Of a DNA stretch of 64,000 bases, positions 1 to 13,363 are shown in pieces. Below the pieces are notes generated by a model. That model had not been told where the DNA came from, ran no database searches, and saw only the letters and a program-made list of their open reading frames with translations. Each line of letters opens with the position of its first letter. Within the stretch, counting starts at the first letter, position 1. Source of the DNA: Eledone cirrhosa (lineage: Eukaryota); contig OZ024747.1 of assembly GCA_964016885.1 (NCBI GenBank), positions 58,156,001-58,220,000 on the forward strand, written 5' to 3'. The translations under genes and the position numbers were made by a program.

Positions 1-604
1 CGCTAAACTGATACGTGCATATATGTATGTGTACCTGTATGCATATGTATATATATATGTATATATATATATATATGTGCATGCTACTGTACGTCTGTAT
101 ACATATATGTATGTACGTATACATGCATACTTACATATATATATATATATATACATGTACTGACACAAGAGCAAGAATGAGGGGCTCATTCTACTGACAC
201 GGCTTTACAAATGAGGCCATTGCATAATTGCAAATGAGTCGAATATTATTATTTATATTCGAAAAACTCAGATTACATTTTTATATATATATATATATGC
301 ATGTTTGTATGTATGTGAGTGTGTGTGTGTATATATATATATGGTGTATTACACTTTACAATAAATGTGATTCTTAACATATGTAAGATACACATTTATT
401 TTAATGTAATGCATATTAATATTACTCTCAACGTCTAGCCCAGTCCTGTGCTGTTTAATTTAATGTGTCGTCTGGTTTACATGTAATCGTTCATATATGT
501 ATATGTATATATAAATATGTGTATGTGTGTGTGTATGTGTATACATACATCCATATATAAGTATATCACATATATGAATGAACATATGTATGTATATATA
601 TATT

Positions 605-639
<35 letters not shown>

Positions 640-1218
640 TAATGTGAGAGATTTTGCATTTCTATGTGTGTGTTAGTCTGTAACTATGAGTATGTACTGT
701 ATGTGATTATATGTTCAGTCGAGTATTAGATTGTGTAACTGTTAAGAATAATCATTGTTGATAATTCATCTTAGAGTGTAATATATGATATCTTATATGT
801 TGATGTACATGATTACATCTTTTATACTGAATCTAAATTAAATTACATGCCACTAAATTTGAAATGTTCTCAACCTACGTAATTTATGGTCCTGACAGTC
901 ATGTCAGTCCTGTCTAACAGCGGTGCCACTGCAAAAACATGCGCTTCATACGGATGCCCAATTTACTAAAATGAACAGTGAAATCAACTTCAATTTTCAC
1001 ACAACGCCTTGAAATAGTATGGACACATTGGTTGATATACTCCAAGAAGAATTCGTAAGAGAAAATAAATAGAAAGCATAATGTCTGAAATAACGTTCCA
1101 CCTATGTATGCCTGATCAAGCCTATCCTGTATCTAAATAGCAACCGTGAACATGTTTAAAATCTCCTGCAAATAAACAAAATATATATATATATTTCTCA
1201 TACGTTATTACACTTATA

Positions 1219-1413
1219 GACGGTGGATTGTGGATTGGCAGTATTGGTAGAGGGTCGGACGCCATGCTTTGATGCATAGAGTTACGGCCCTTGCCATTCT
1301 GAGTTCAAATCCCGCCGAGGTTAACCTTTGCCTTTCATTCTTACGGGGTCTATAAAATAAAGTACCAGTAATGCACTGGTTAATTCCTGGTCTTGTGCCA
1401 AAATATAGAAACA
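1219..1413 (+). mobile_element. tRNA-derived SINE (family recurring throughout the window)
   Basis: A-box-like TGGCAGTATTGG, B-box GAGTTCAAATCC, central GCCTTTCATTCTTACGGGGTCTATAAAATAAAGTACCAG (resembles the Deu/Nin SINE core) and tail GGTCTTGTGCCAAAA. 15-bp TSD GTTATTACACTTATA at 1204-1218 and 1414-1428. Confidence 0.85.
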
Positions 1414-1516
1414 GTTATTACACTTATACCACTCGTTGTTTTTCTTGTCTGCAAGAACGAAATCATTTAGGCGCATCTTACAATATGCAGAGATATGGTT
1501 TAGCTCTTCTAAAAAG

Positions 1517-1576
<60 letters not shown>

Positions 1577-3213
1577 TATTCTTGTTTTATTGTACTATTT
1601 ACATTACTATCTGACAAATAATAGAAATTTTGAAGACATTTTCAGTGAGTTGTACACAATAACTTAAATTATTTATTCACATATACTTCTCTACCTTTCG
1701 TCGATTTCCATCGAAATCAACCCTGACTTTCATCTCTATCTGAACGATAACGTTTGTACTAAAGATATATATCTATATCAATTTTCATTCGTACACTTTC
1801 GTTATGATATAATTTGCTTTCATTACTAATCTATAAAGATTTAACGACATTTATATACATTTCAATCAAAGAGATAAAATAACACAAATAATGTCTCCAT
1901 CTAATAATTCATGTTTGAAGTTAATTTCGATGCTGGTTTTGATTTGGTTCACACCACTAATCTTCTTGAAAATAGATTGAATATATCAAACTCTCAAATG
2001 TATTGGTTTCCCTTAAATGTACGGCTTTTCATCCGAATTCAAAACAAAATGGTTTAGTAAGTATAGAGCCAAGAAACCGATTAATGTACATAATGTAATA
2101 TATTGAGGTGGAATTACAAAGATAGCCTCTATTAAATGGTAATATATCTTTTATTCAAAAACAACAGGGAATTTACTAATGAGTTCTCATTATGAGTTAG
2201 CGATAATGATGGGATCAGTTTGGTCAAACAATATATGTATTGAAAAGTACAAGGCTATCTCATATCTTAAAATTTCAATAAATTTCCTAGTTTTCGTAAT
2301 GGCTTATTGAAAATAAAAAAAGAAGCGTTTAAAAATCACTGGATAAGGGCGGTCAGGAAGATTTTGTGTCACATAGATTCAATCACAAACCAGAATTCCT
2401 TAAAATAGTGGTGAGTCCACCAAAGAGAATCATTAGCCACATGTTGATTTTAAACCCTTTGAAAGTTGGCGTCTAGGAAGTATTTGTACCAATAATTTAT
2501 CTTGAGAGATTTTGAACAACATATATATATATATATATATCGCTGGCGCCTTTTTCTTCAGAGCATATATCTTACATCTACCTATGTGAATCGACTGTTT
2601 ATTCTGTTAAATTTAAACTGCCAATGCACTCACCGCTAGATAACCTCTAGGTAAAGGCTAAACATAAAGTTCATGATATCCAATATGTAGTCCACGTTGG
2701 GATACCCTACGCTAATTCGCAGTATTTTAAACATGGATCTATTGATGAATCTTGAATAAGAAGGTTCAATAAAATACCAATACAACAAACTATTTAAATA
2801 TAAAGCTAACTAACAATACTGCATTTCCTTCATTTAGTTAACTAAAGAGCGATGGGCTCTCATTTTGTATATGTTAAAAGCACGTACGTTTGGTTTTGAT
2901 ATCATAATCGTTTAGAAAGAGAATGTTTGCGTGATTATAAATATAATATAAACAGAATAGTCTTTTACATCTTTAGGCATTCACATTCACATGTTTGTCA
3001 CCAAGTCATTTCTATTTTGTTTTGTTCAATATTTAAAACATATCTTATTTTAGTAAATTATCACGCCGAAAGAAAAGTTGGCTATTCTTCCAGATTTTCC
3101 CCATTTTACTTTGTAGAATGCTGTAGCTATTCCTGTAATTCCCATTTGATGGAAGTTTGTATATAACAAATTCTCAAGAAATCTATGAGGAATATTTAAG
3201 TACTGTATAATTC

Positions 3214-3258
<45 letters not shown>

Positions 3259-3460
3259 TATGTGTGGATATGTGTGTGTGTGTAACAAAAACAGTAAATA
3301 ACTGAAATGAAACAAAGTAAATAAGAACAATACATTTAACAATTGTTTTTCTTTTAAACAAAAGTTAGAAATTACACAAAAACGCACTAATACAGAAAAA
3401 ACACAAGCACACACATACATTACATATACATACACTCGCACACACTCAAACGACTTTCTA

Positions 3461-3495
<35 letters not shown>

Positions 3496-3793
3496 TTCTT
3501 TCTCTCTCTCTCTCTCTCTTTATATATATATATATAGAGAGAGATATGTATATATATAGATATGTATATATATGTGTATATGTATATAATTATATATACA
3601 TATATATATATATATGTATATTATACATATATATATTTATATATAAGATAAAAATACTTGAGTGCATTAGAGTTAAACACACTCGTCGTATTAGAGAAAT
3701 GACAGTATAAGATATAGCTCAATGTTATCCAACAGAGCCGAAACATTATATAAAACTAAACAAAGAAGCCTTTAATTCATCAAAAATCTTTAT

Positions 3794-3838
3794 TTGCTGA
3801 CAATGTTTCGTCCCATTAATAAGGACTCATCAGAGCAA
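3794..3838 (-). ncRNA. Type I hammerhead ribozyme (minimal, PLE-type)
   Basis: Reverse complement reads TTGCT-CTGATGA-GTCC-ttattaatg-GGAC-GAAA-CATTG-TC-AGCAA: intact core, stems I and II, very short stem III. Confidence 0.85.
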
Positions 3839-4564
3839 GGAAAAAGACAAGAAGTATTAACGGCCAGAACAAGCCAAAACTCAGAAGAACAGCTAATGGA
3901 TATTTATGAAAATTTGGGAAAATTATCATGGAAAGACATGCTAAATCTAATAGGGTGCATTTGTAAATAAAGACTATAGGGCAAGAGAGCAGGTAAGACA
4001 TTAAACAAACCCACGTTAAAAGTACAATATAAGTCTAATACTAGAAATACAACATGGTAATACAATGTGAGAATTATAATATACAATACAATACAATACA
4101 ATAGATAATACAGAAATAAAACTTAATATATATATATACATCCACACTCACTCTGACACATATATATATACATTTACACATACACATAATAACACAAATA
4201 TAAATATAAGCATTATAATAGAATAATCACCCTGACGGTGTGATTAAACAATACCAAAATCAATGAAAATAATATATTGACATTAAAAAAATATATAAAA
4301 ATTCATCTTACGTATCATGTAAAGTCAATTAATTGTGTATAAAAAAATAATGTATTTCACAGGGTAAAAAATAATAATAATGCCATATAATAATATAGAG
4401 TCTGGTGGAAAAAAATATGTAAATATATATAATAGACAATAAATATACGGAGATATAGGCAGTTCAAATCCATATAATATTACATATTAATATTTCAATA
4501 CCGAACACATACTTATAATTCAAATACATATAATATAACATTATATTACTCTTTTACCTGGATG

Positions 4565-4750
4565 GGCGGTGGATTGGCAGTATCGGTAGAGGGTCTGACG
4601 CTATGCTTTGCAGCAAAGAGTTACGCCCCTTTATGGTTTGAGTTCAAATCCCGCCGAGGTTAACTTTGCCTTTCATCCTTACGGGGTCGATAAAATAAAG
4701 TACCAGTAATGCACTGGATAATTGCTGGCCTTGTGCCAAAAGTAGAAACA
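4565..4750 (+). mobile_element. tRNA-derived SINE
   Basis: Same family consensus. 21-bp TSD ATTATATTACTCTTTTACCTG at 4540-4560 and 4751-4771. Confidence 0.85.
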
Positions 4751-5123
4751 ATTATATTACTCTTTTACCTGTTTCAGCCATCCGGCTGAGGCCATGCTGG
4801 GGCACCGCCTTAACATTAATATTTCAATAGCAGACACAAATCCATATAATATTACATATAAATATATCAATACCGGACACATACTTATAATTCAAATACA
4901 TATAATATTATAATATATGTATTTGAATTATAAGTATGTGTCCGGTATTGATATATTAATATGTAATATTATATGGATTTGTGTCTGCTATTGAAATATT
5001 AATGTTAATATATAATGTTATATTATATGTATTTGAATTATAAGTATGTGTCCGGTATTGAAATATTAATATGTAATATTATATGGATTTGAACTGCCTA
5101 TATCTCCGTATATTTATTGTTTA

Positions 5124-6027
5124 CTAGCAGTAAAGCCCGGCGTTGCTCGGGGTCGCTCAGTAGCTGTGTTAAAGTTACAATGTTAAGTTTCTTTTTTGGC
5201 TTAGTAGTGTAGTGTCTACTGTGCAGACTTGCATGTGGTGTTTTTGATTAATATTCCCTCAACCAACAATATGCCTTATGAAGTTAAGAAAACATAACGA
5301 TAACCCGAATGTTATAACAAAAGAGGAAATATTTGCTTGTTTTACGTAGTCTTTAAATAGACTTGTTTTCAAGTAAAAATATTGTTTTAAAAGGCTTTTA
5401 AATGGAAATGAAGCAAAACGGAAGCTTAGTGTTCGAACTGATGAATTTTGCAGGTCAAAATTTTGCTGGCTCGACAACTGTTCGTGTATTGTGTTAATGT
5501 CATTTTAAACGCTGAGAAAGCCAGCGTAATTTTTTTAATTTTTGCACGCAGAAAATGTAAACAGAACGTAAGACGCTCAATGTAAACAGAACAAAGGGAA
5601 ATAACTCGTCACTTACGCTCAAAAATCGATACATTAGATTCGATTTCGTCACATAGGGTGGGTCAATTTGAAATATTTTTTTCCGATGTCTTCGCTAGGG
5701 CTCAATGTACAAGTATAGCAATTTCGGTGCAATTCCGTCAGAGATTCTAAGAGATGTGTGCCAAAAAACGATAGACAGACAAACAACCACAGCTTTATAT
5801 ATATAGAACAAAGGGAAATAACTCGTCACTTACGCTCAAAAATCGATACATTAGATTCGATTTCGTCACATAGGGTGGGTCAATTTGAAATATTTTTTTC
5901 CGATGTCTTCGCTAGGGCTCAATGTACAAGTATAGCAATTTCGGTGCAATTCCGTCAGAGATTCTAAGAGGAGATGTGTGCCAAAAATCGATAGACAGAC
6001 AGACAACCACAGCTTTATATATATAGA
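5124..6027 (-). mobile_element. Non-autonomous Helitron with duplicated 5' end
   Basis: Minus strand starts TCTATATATATAAAG, has (GTCT)n near the 5' end, and ends with hairpin CCCGAGCAACGCCGGG then CTAG. Inserted at A|T with no TSD. Tandem units 5591-5807 and 5808-6027. Confidence 0.8.
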
Positions 6028-6097
6028 TTATATATATCCATTAGCTGTTCTTCTGAGTTTTGGCTTGTTCTGGCCGTTAATACTTCTTGTCTTTTTC

Positions 6098-6144
6098 TTT
6101 GCTCTGATGAGTCCTTATTAATGGGACGAAACATTGTCAGCAAA
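6098..6144 (+). ncRNA. Type I hammerhead ribozyme (minimal, PLE-type)
   Basis: TTTGCT-CTGATGA-GTCC-ttattaatg-GGAC-GAAA-CATTG-TC-AGCAAA. Predicted cleavage after C6138. Confidence 0.85.
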
Positions 6145-6724
6145 TAAAGATTTTTGATGAATTAAAGGCTTCTTTGTTTATTTTTATATAATTTTTATAT
6201 AATATATTTATATATATACATACCAGACCCAGCCTCAAACGACCCAGACAAACAGATGCAGCAAAAATAACTGTCAAAATAAGCGCTGATTACATGCATA
6301 TCGACAATGGTAAGGTTGTACCATCATCTCGTAGCGGATAAAAAAAAATTGTCCGGGAAAGACTGCCTAACACCTGCTGCAAAATCAAAACAAGCTATTT
6401 TTGCGAGCAATGAACCTTGACGTAAATTTAACCAGCTGGGAGAAACGTACGTAGGTGCTGTTTTAAACAAACATGTTCTAACGGTCTATTCTCCGATTTC
6501 TTACTTTCCTACGTACTTACGCTCTGCTAATTCTCTAGCCCACTAAATATTAACACTTCGAATATTTAATACTGCCGGCACTAGTATCGAGCACCTTTGG
6601 CATACGCTACTTGGCAAATAACTATATGTATCACCTATCTTCCCCTTTTTTTTCTCTCTCTCGATACGTAAATACTGTATTACATATATTTATATACATT
6701 TATATATATATATATATATATATG

Positions 6725-6774
<50 letters not shown>

Positions 6775-6778
6775 TATG

Positions 6779-6821
<43 letters not shown>

Positions 6822-6834
6822 TAATCATCATAAT

Positions 6835-7165
6835 TATCATCATCACTATTCTACGACCGTTCTTCCACGCTAGCATGGGTTAGATGGGTTGTTCTGTTGT
6901 GGGCTGTGACAGGTCGGCTGACCTTGTCTTGCTCATACGGGAACTGATTCTGGCTTGATTTCTACAGCTGGATGCCCTTCGTAACACCAACCTCATTTAC
7001 AGTGAGTGCTGGGTGCTTTTACCGTGGCGCCTACACGTCCACTTTACAGTGTGGGCTGGGTGCTTTTTTGCCGTGGCACCTCCACGACCACGTTGTAGTG
7101 GGAAGAGGTGTGGGCGTATTGTCTATATGCTACAGCTTCGGCTTGCACCCGTGGGGGTGGGGGGT
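6835..7165 (-). mobile_element. Non-autonomous RTE-related short retroposon
   Basis: (CAT)n end, CCACGCTAGCATGGGTTAGA and GCTGGATGCCCTTC motifs. A related copy lies at 10655-10820. Confidence 0.45.
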
Positions 7166-7214
7166 CGATATATATATATTTATATATATACATATTTATA
7201 TATATATTTATATA

Positions 7215-7249
<35 letters not shown>

Positions 7250-7257
<8 letters not shown>

Positions 7258-7452
7258 TAAAATAACAGATTAAAGTTTAAGCAAAGAATCGCTGTCAGAA
7301 GATCCCGTTAAGGGTGAAAGCAGCGATTCTTTGCTTAAACTTTAATCTGTTATTTTAATAAATATTTGCTCTACGGTTCTTATATATTTGATATATATTT
7401 TCCTTATCGAGCCCTCTTTGGATTTTAGTCTTTAATTTTATTATTATTACTA
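7250..7452 (+). mobile_element. Short fold-back PLE-like pLTR remnant with hammerhead-like loop
   Basis: 45-bp perfect inverted arms (7250-7294 / 7321-7365) enclosing TCAGAAGATCCCGTTAAGGGTGAAAG. A non-inverted homolog lies at 45600-45785. Flanked by (TA)n. Confidence 0.55.
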
Positions 7453-7780
7453 TATATATATATATATATATAAATAATTATATATATATATATATAAATA
7501 ATTATATATATATATATATAAATAATTATATATATATATATAAATAATTATATATATATATATATATAAATAATTATATATATATATATATATAAATAAT
7601 TATATATATATATATATATAAATAATTATATATATATAAATGGAAAAAATGAAACGAAATTTCATTTCTCACTCTTAGTACGGCTGTTACTTAAATATAA
7701 GTATGTATGTACGTATACATACTTATATATATATATATATATATATAGTAAAATATTGAACGGGAACAAAACAGAGAGGC

Positions 7781-7845
<65 letters not shown>

Positions 7846-7847
7846 AT

Positions 7848-8138
7848 ATGGCATCCAAGCATCAAACCCATATCTCGTCCGGGATATCCATCACGTGGAG
7901 AGAGTTCAACGACTAGCGACTCGAATGGTACAGGGTCTTCATGAGCTGCCCTACGAAAGCCGGTTGCAGTAGCTGAACCTGTTCTTATTGGAGCATCGAC
8001 GGCTACGAGACGATCTCATTTTGGCTTACAATTTCTTCAATGGCCATTACGATCTCCCTCAAGATCTCCTATTCACTCCGGCACTTGAAAGGGGTCTACG
8101 TGGACATGACAAAAAGCTGTTTCACCGCCGCTTTCACC

Positions 8139-8142
<4 letters not shown>
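7848..8142 (+). pseudogene. CR1/L2-group LINE ORF2 C-terminal fragment
   Basis: Translates [60 protein letters not shown]...LRGHDKKL, typical of a CR1-type C-terminus. Confidence 0.75.
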
Positions 8143-8197
<55 letters not shown>

Positions 8198-8281
8198 CTT
8201 TTTTCAGTGCGACTGATATACTTTAGAATTATGTAAATATAGGTAATTGAATTTTTGGGTGACTTTCAAACTGACTAAGCA

Positions 8282-8320
<39 letters not shown>

Positions 8321-8343
8321 ATCTATCTATCTCTCTCTCCATA

Positions 8344-8410
<67 letters not shown>

Positions 8411-8739
8411 CTCACTCACCCACTGACACACACACACACACACACAAGCGCGCGCGCACACACATACATAAACTAATCTAGAACAAATATATAAAAATTG
8501 TATTATAAAATAAAATCTAAGTAAACAATCGAACTGATAGAAGTGATGAGTAAACATGAAAAATATATGTTGAGGGTGGTTGAGAAGCATACTCAACATA
8601 CATTGTAGAATTGAATAGGAGGAAATGGATTGAATTTTCATGTTGTTGGAAAATATATGACGGGCAAAGCGTCTGTCAAGGATTGGAACACTATGAAGAA
8701 GACATTTTCTACGCTATCATATGATAACTACCGATATTA

Positions 8740-9436
<697 letters not shown>

Positions 9437-9879
9437 ATGTTTAATATCTATATTTTTATTTGTGCCAAGTGTCGTGCTGCTTTCGTTTACTCAGCAATTT
9501 CCTTGAATCAAATAAAATCACGCTCTCGTGTCACGTGTCAGTCAGTCGTGTTCTTACATGACTATAATGTATGGATTCTCTTATCTCTTACACGTACTTA
9601 TTGTGTGTGAAGCGTAGACTAGCAGCTCCTCATGTGTGGACACTTCACTTCTGTAATTATATTTGCAAGTCTTTATCTCTTATGTGTCTGTTGAATTATC
9701 GTTGGAATTGTATTTTCATTTTTTTTATTTTGGCATTATTACATTATGATTCAGGGGTTTATTATTCTTTAAAATCTAACTAAATATGAAGAAAAATTAC
9801 GAAAGAAATATGAAATGATGCTTCATACTTCCCTTTCAAGAGAATTACATATTAACGTTTGTCTAAGGTCTCGTAAAAT

Positions 9880-10130
9880 TTATCCCCGCCGGCTACAATT
9901 AAAATTTGCATCACCAGTCTGGAACCTCTATTTGGCTCAGAACATTGATCTCCTGGAAACTGTTCCGAGACGTGCAACCAAGAGGCATGGATACATTGAA
10001 GTTCCGACGTCTGGCAACTGACTTGGTAAACACCGACAACATTGTCAACCATCTTGAGCACCTTTTTGAATTGCATGTGTCTGACACACGTGGCCATGCC
10101 TTCAGAGTTAGAAAACAGCATTTTTCACGC
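9880..10130 (+). pseudogene. CR1/L2-group LINE ORF2 C-terminal fragment (degenerate)
   Basis: LKFASPVWNLYLAQNIDLLETVPRRATKR, then RRLATDLV...LFELHVSDTRGHAFRVRKQ. Confidence 0.7.
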
Positions 10131-10220
10131 TATATCTGATATCCCCCATTCCATACACACACACACATGTATATCATGAATCATACACTGTGCACTTTCC
10201 TGACATTTGTACATTATTCT

Positions 10221-10443
10221 AAGGCAAAGTTAACCTCAGCAGGATTTAAATTCAGACCATAAATGGCCGTAACTCTTTGCTCGGACGCCATGCTTAGCAG
10301 AAAAGAGTTACGGCCCTTTATGGTCTGAGTTCAAATCTCGCCGAGGTTAACTTTGCCTTTCATCCTTACGGGGTCGATACAATAAAGTATCACTAATGCA
10401 TTGGGTTATTGCTGGTCTTGTGCCAAAAAGTAGAAACAATTAT
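10221..10443 (+). mobile_element. SINE with inverted 5' segment
   Basis: 10281-10443 is a 5'-truncated + strand SINE. 10221-10280 is an inverted copy of its B-box region. Confidence 0.7.
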
Positions 10444-10654
10444 TCTATGTACTACCTATGCATCTTTGATGATTTGTAGTGTACCTGAGCACTGTACACA
10501 ACAGTTTCATTATTATTATTGTTAAATAAACTCAGTTTTAAAATGCGCATGTTTTCATAATATCCCATTTCTATGTAGATTATGATCAATATATTTATGA
10601 TTTTACTAAGTATTCTTGATTATATTTGGGGACGAAAATAAATATGATTATATA

Positions 10655-10820
10655 TCATCATCATCAGCAGCAGCAGTAGCAACGTTTAGCTGCCATCTTT
10701 CCAATTAGCATGGGTTAGACGCGTTGTTCCGTTCAGAGAGAAACAAGATCAAATGACCGTCTTGTTCATACAGAACTGGTTCTGGCATCGTTTCTATATT
10801 TGGATGCTCTTCCTAACGGC
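10655..10820 (-). mobile_element. Non-autonomous RTE-related short retroposon fragment
   Basis: Homologous to 6835-7000 (TAGCATGGGTTAGA, GTCTTGTTCATAC, GGATGCTCTTCCTAACG). Confidence 0.45.
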
Positions 10821-10869
10821 ACATATAATTATGATTTCTTTATTATTGTGCACAAAGGAACGCTAGATA

Positions 10870-11060
10870 TAATTGTTTCTACTTTAGGCACAAGGCCAGC
10901 AATTAACCAGTACATTACTGGTACTTTATTTTATCGACCCCGTAAGGATGAGAGGCAAAGTTAACCTCGGCGGGATTTGAACTCAGAATGGCAAGGGCCG
11001 TAACTCTATGCGTCAAAGCATGGTGTCCGACTCTCTACCGATACTGCCAATTCACCGCCC
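10870..11060 (-). mobile_element. tRNA-derived SINE
   Basis: Full family consensus on the minus strand. Confidence 0.85.
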
Positions 11061-11154
11061 TAGAACCCTAGATATAATGATAATAATTATGTTACTATAG
11101 ACACAAATCCAGAAAATTGGTGGTGGGGAAAGTTGATTAAATATATTCCTGTGC

Positions 11155-11285
11155 CCTATTTTATCGACCCCGTAAGGATGAAAGTTAAATTTAACCTCGG
11201 CGAGATTTGAACTCAGGCAGTAAAGGGCCCCAACGCTATGCTTCAAAGCATGTGGTCCGATGCTCTTCCATTACTGCCAATCCAA
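11155..11285 (-). mobile_element. tRNA-derived SINE (diverged copy or variant tail)
   Basis: Head and core match the family (TTATCGACCCCGTAAGGATGAAAG, GATTTGAACTCAG). Confidence 0.7.
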
Positions 11286-11330
11286 CGATCCCTATAATAA
11301 TAATGATAATTATAATAATAACACTTGATA

Positions 11331-11383
<53 letters not shown>

Positions 11384-11595
11384 ATAAAACATGAGAAGAA
11401 AGAAGTATACTGCGTGGTTTGCACATGGGTTACATATGATAAAAATAGTCCCTCGTCAGTGATTTTCCAACCATCATTGGCATTTCATCGCATTAAAAAT
11501 CAGATACCTCAGGTTGGTGCGAGCAATAATCTAAAAAAAGTAATTGGGACCAGTAATCGCGTAAAGCGAGGGGGACAAGTGAACAACATAGAAGC

Positions 11596-11637
<42 letters not shown>

Positions 11638-11676
11638 ACATAGAAAACAACCAAATTTGTGTTTAATACATTTAAT

Positions 11677-11723
11677 TGCTAACGATCGTTTCTTCAAGAC
11701 AAATGAGTGGTTATATCAGAGCA
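11677..11723 (-). ncRNA. Degenerate hammerhead motif in PLE pLTR remnant
   Basis: Reverse complement TGCT-CTGATAT...GAAA-CGATCG-TT-AGCA: stem I and palindromic stem III are present, but the core and cleavage triplet are mutated. Confidence 0.4.
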
Positions 11724-11820
11724 TATACAACGTTAAAATAAGCAAATCACTAATCATTAGAACATTCATTAAGAATATTTGAAGATTCTAACTATAATTA
11801 TCAGTGTCAGTTACAATATA

Positions 11821-12405
11821 CCAACTGAGGAGTCTTGGTTCAGGCAAATATATTCTGTTTTGCCTGCGTTGACATAGAGTCCGATTTCCTTTGCAACTTA
11901 TTCGATTCTGTGAAGTAGTGTTGTTGCATCCTTAAGGTAGTCAGCGAGGACCGCTAAATCATCCGCATAGTCAGCATCGGTGATTTTCTGAGCTGCATTG
12001 CGTCTACACTTTCGCTTTGTGAGAGTGAAATAAAGCTCTAAGTTTTCGGTCATGGCTTTTCTCAATACATAGTCGAGAAAAAGCTAGACGGGGCATACAC
12101 ACGTATGCTCCGTGCTGCTTTAAACGTGTCTTGGCGGGAACACCCACACATAAGTATCTCTACGGCAATATACCACATATTTGCTGGCCACTGTTGGCGC
12201 AGCAAGAAAGAAATAGCAGGTGATGTGTTGTTATGGAGTCCATCTCATGGAGCAAGAAACGCTGGTCGTCCCAAGAAGACATACGTCAAGCAACTTGAGG
12301 ACGATACTGGATGCACTGCGGAAGACCTGGCAAACGCTATGAGAGACAGAGATGGATGGAGGAAACGTGTCGTAGAAAGCCGAGCAAGCTCGATCTGCTG
12401 ATGAT
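11821..12405 (+). mobile_element. 5'-inverted, truncated RTE-group LINE
   Basis: 11821-12077 on the minus strand encodes LDYVLRKAM...ITDADYADDLAVLAD (RT YADD). 12078-12401 on the plus strand encodes KLDGAYTRMLRAALNVSW...FAGHCWR...GRPKKTY. Short (TGA)n tail. TSD GTTACAATATA (11810-11820) / GTTGCAATATA (12406-12416). Confidence 0.85.
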
Positions 12406-12532
12406 GTTGCAATATATTGAAGAGTAAGTGTAAAAGAACATTATAATGAAAAGATAGTAGTAGTAGTAAAATATTGAAAAGTATTATAAAGAGGGACTGG
12501 TTTGAAGCTATATGATATATGCAAGGAATATA

Positions 12533-13363
12533 TGTATATATATATAAAATTAAGTATGTGTTTGTGTGAGTGTCTGTGTGTCTGTGTGTCTGTGTGTTAC
12601 CTATAGGGGCCTACATTTTACGACCGATTTTCATGAAACTTTGCAGGCTCATAGATTGGTCAGCGGGAAGGGTTTTCTATGTATCAGAGTATCGATTTTT
12701 TTTTTATTTCGGGGTCATTCTGAAGATAAAAATCGATAGGGGGGCGTCACCTTTTTTTAGGTATCAAAAAATAGGATTTTTGCCTCTAGCTCCCATATTT
12801 TGCCACCGATTGTGTTCAGATTTTAAAGCAAAATAGAATGTATCATTCCACATCCTATAATCGCTTTATACTTTGCATTTGTTTTTCAAGGAAGGCGTGG
12901 CAGCCGCTTAAATATTCAAAAATACCACTATTAGACTCAAATTTCCACTTTTTCGGCTCTGACTCCCACATTAATCAACCTACTTTGTTCGAATTTTACA
13001 CTATGCTAGATCTGATCATTTCACGTCTTAAAGTGGCTTTACATTTTGGATTATTCGTTCAGGAATGGCGCGGCAGTCGCTTAAATATTCGAAAATAGCA
13101 CCTTTTCCCTAAAATTTCCGCCTTTTCGGCTCTAGCTCACACGTTTTTTAACTGATTTCGTTCAAATTCGAAACTCCCTCTCCCAGCATTCCCCTTCCTC
13201 AGTCACGCGCGTTTCTCAGTGATAGGGTTCACCACCACCCTCCCCCGCATGGCCTGTGTGTGGCCATAGATGAGTCTTCGAGAAGCAGTCGCTAAGATCA
13301 ACACCTTTTCATCAAAGCAGATATTATTTTACCTACCCAGGCAAGGCTGGGTACTGCTGCTAG
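12533..13363 (+). mobile_element. Non-autonomous Helitron
   Basis: 5' T(G)TATATATATATAAAA followed by a TGTC-rich microsatellite. 3' hairpin TACCCAG-gcaagg-CTGGGTA (13334-13353), then CTAG|T. Confidence 0.7.

Larger units (their letters stand above)
3747..6192. mobile_element. Fold-back Penelope-like pseudo-LTR element with a hammerhead in each arm
   Basis: 3747-3903 is the reverse complement of about 6034-6192. About 4430-4905 (minus the inserted SINE) mirrors about 4912-5122 around a centre near 4908. Both outer arms carry the same hammerhead. Confidence 0.75.

Noticed and set aside
1230-1320. tRNA genes suggested by A/B boxes
   Set aside because: These are SINE heads with no cloverleaf, followed by the SINE core, tail and TSDs.
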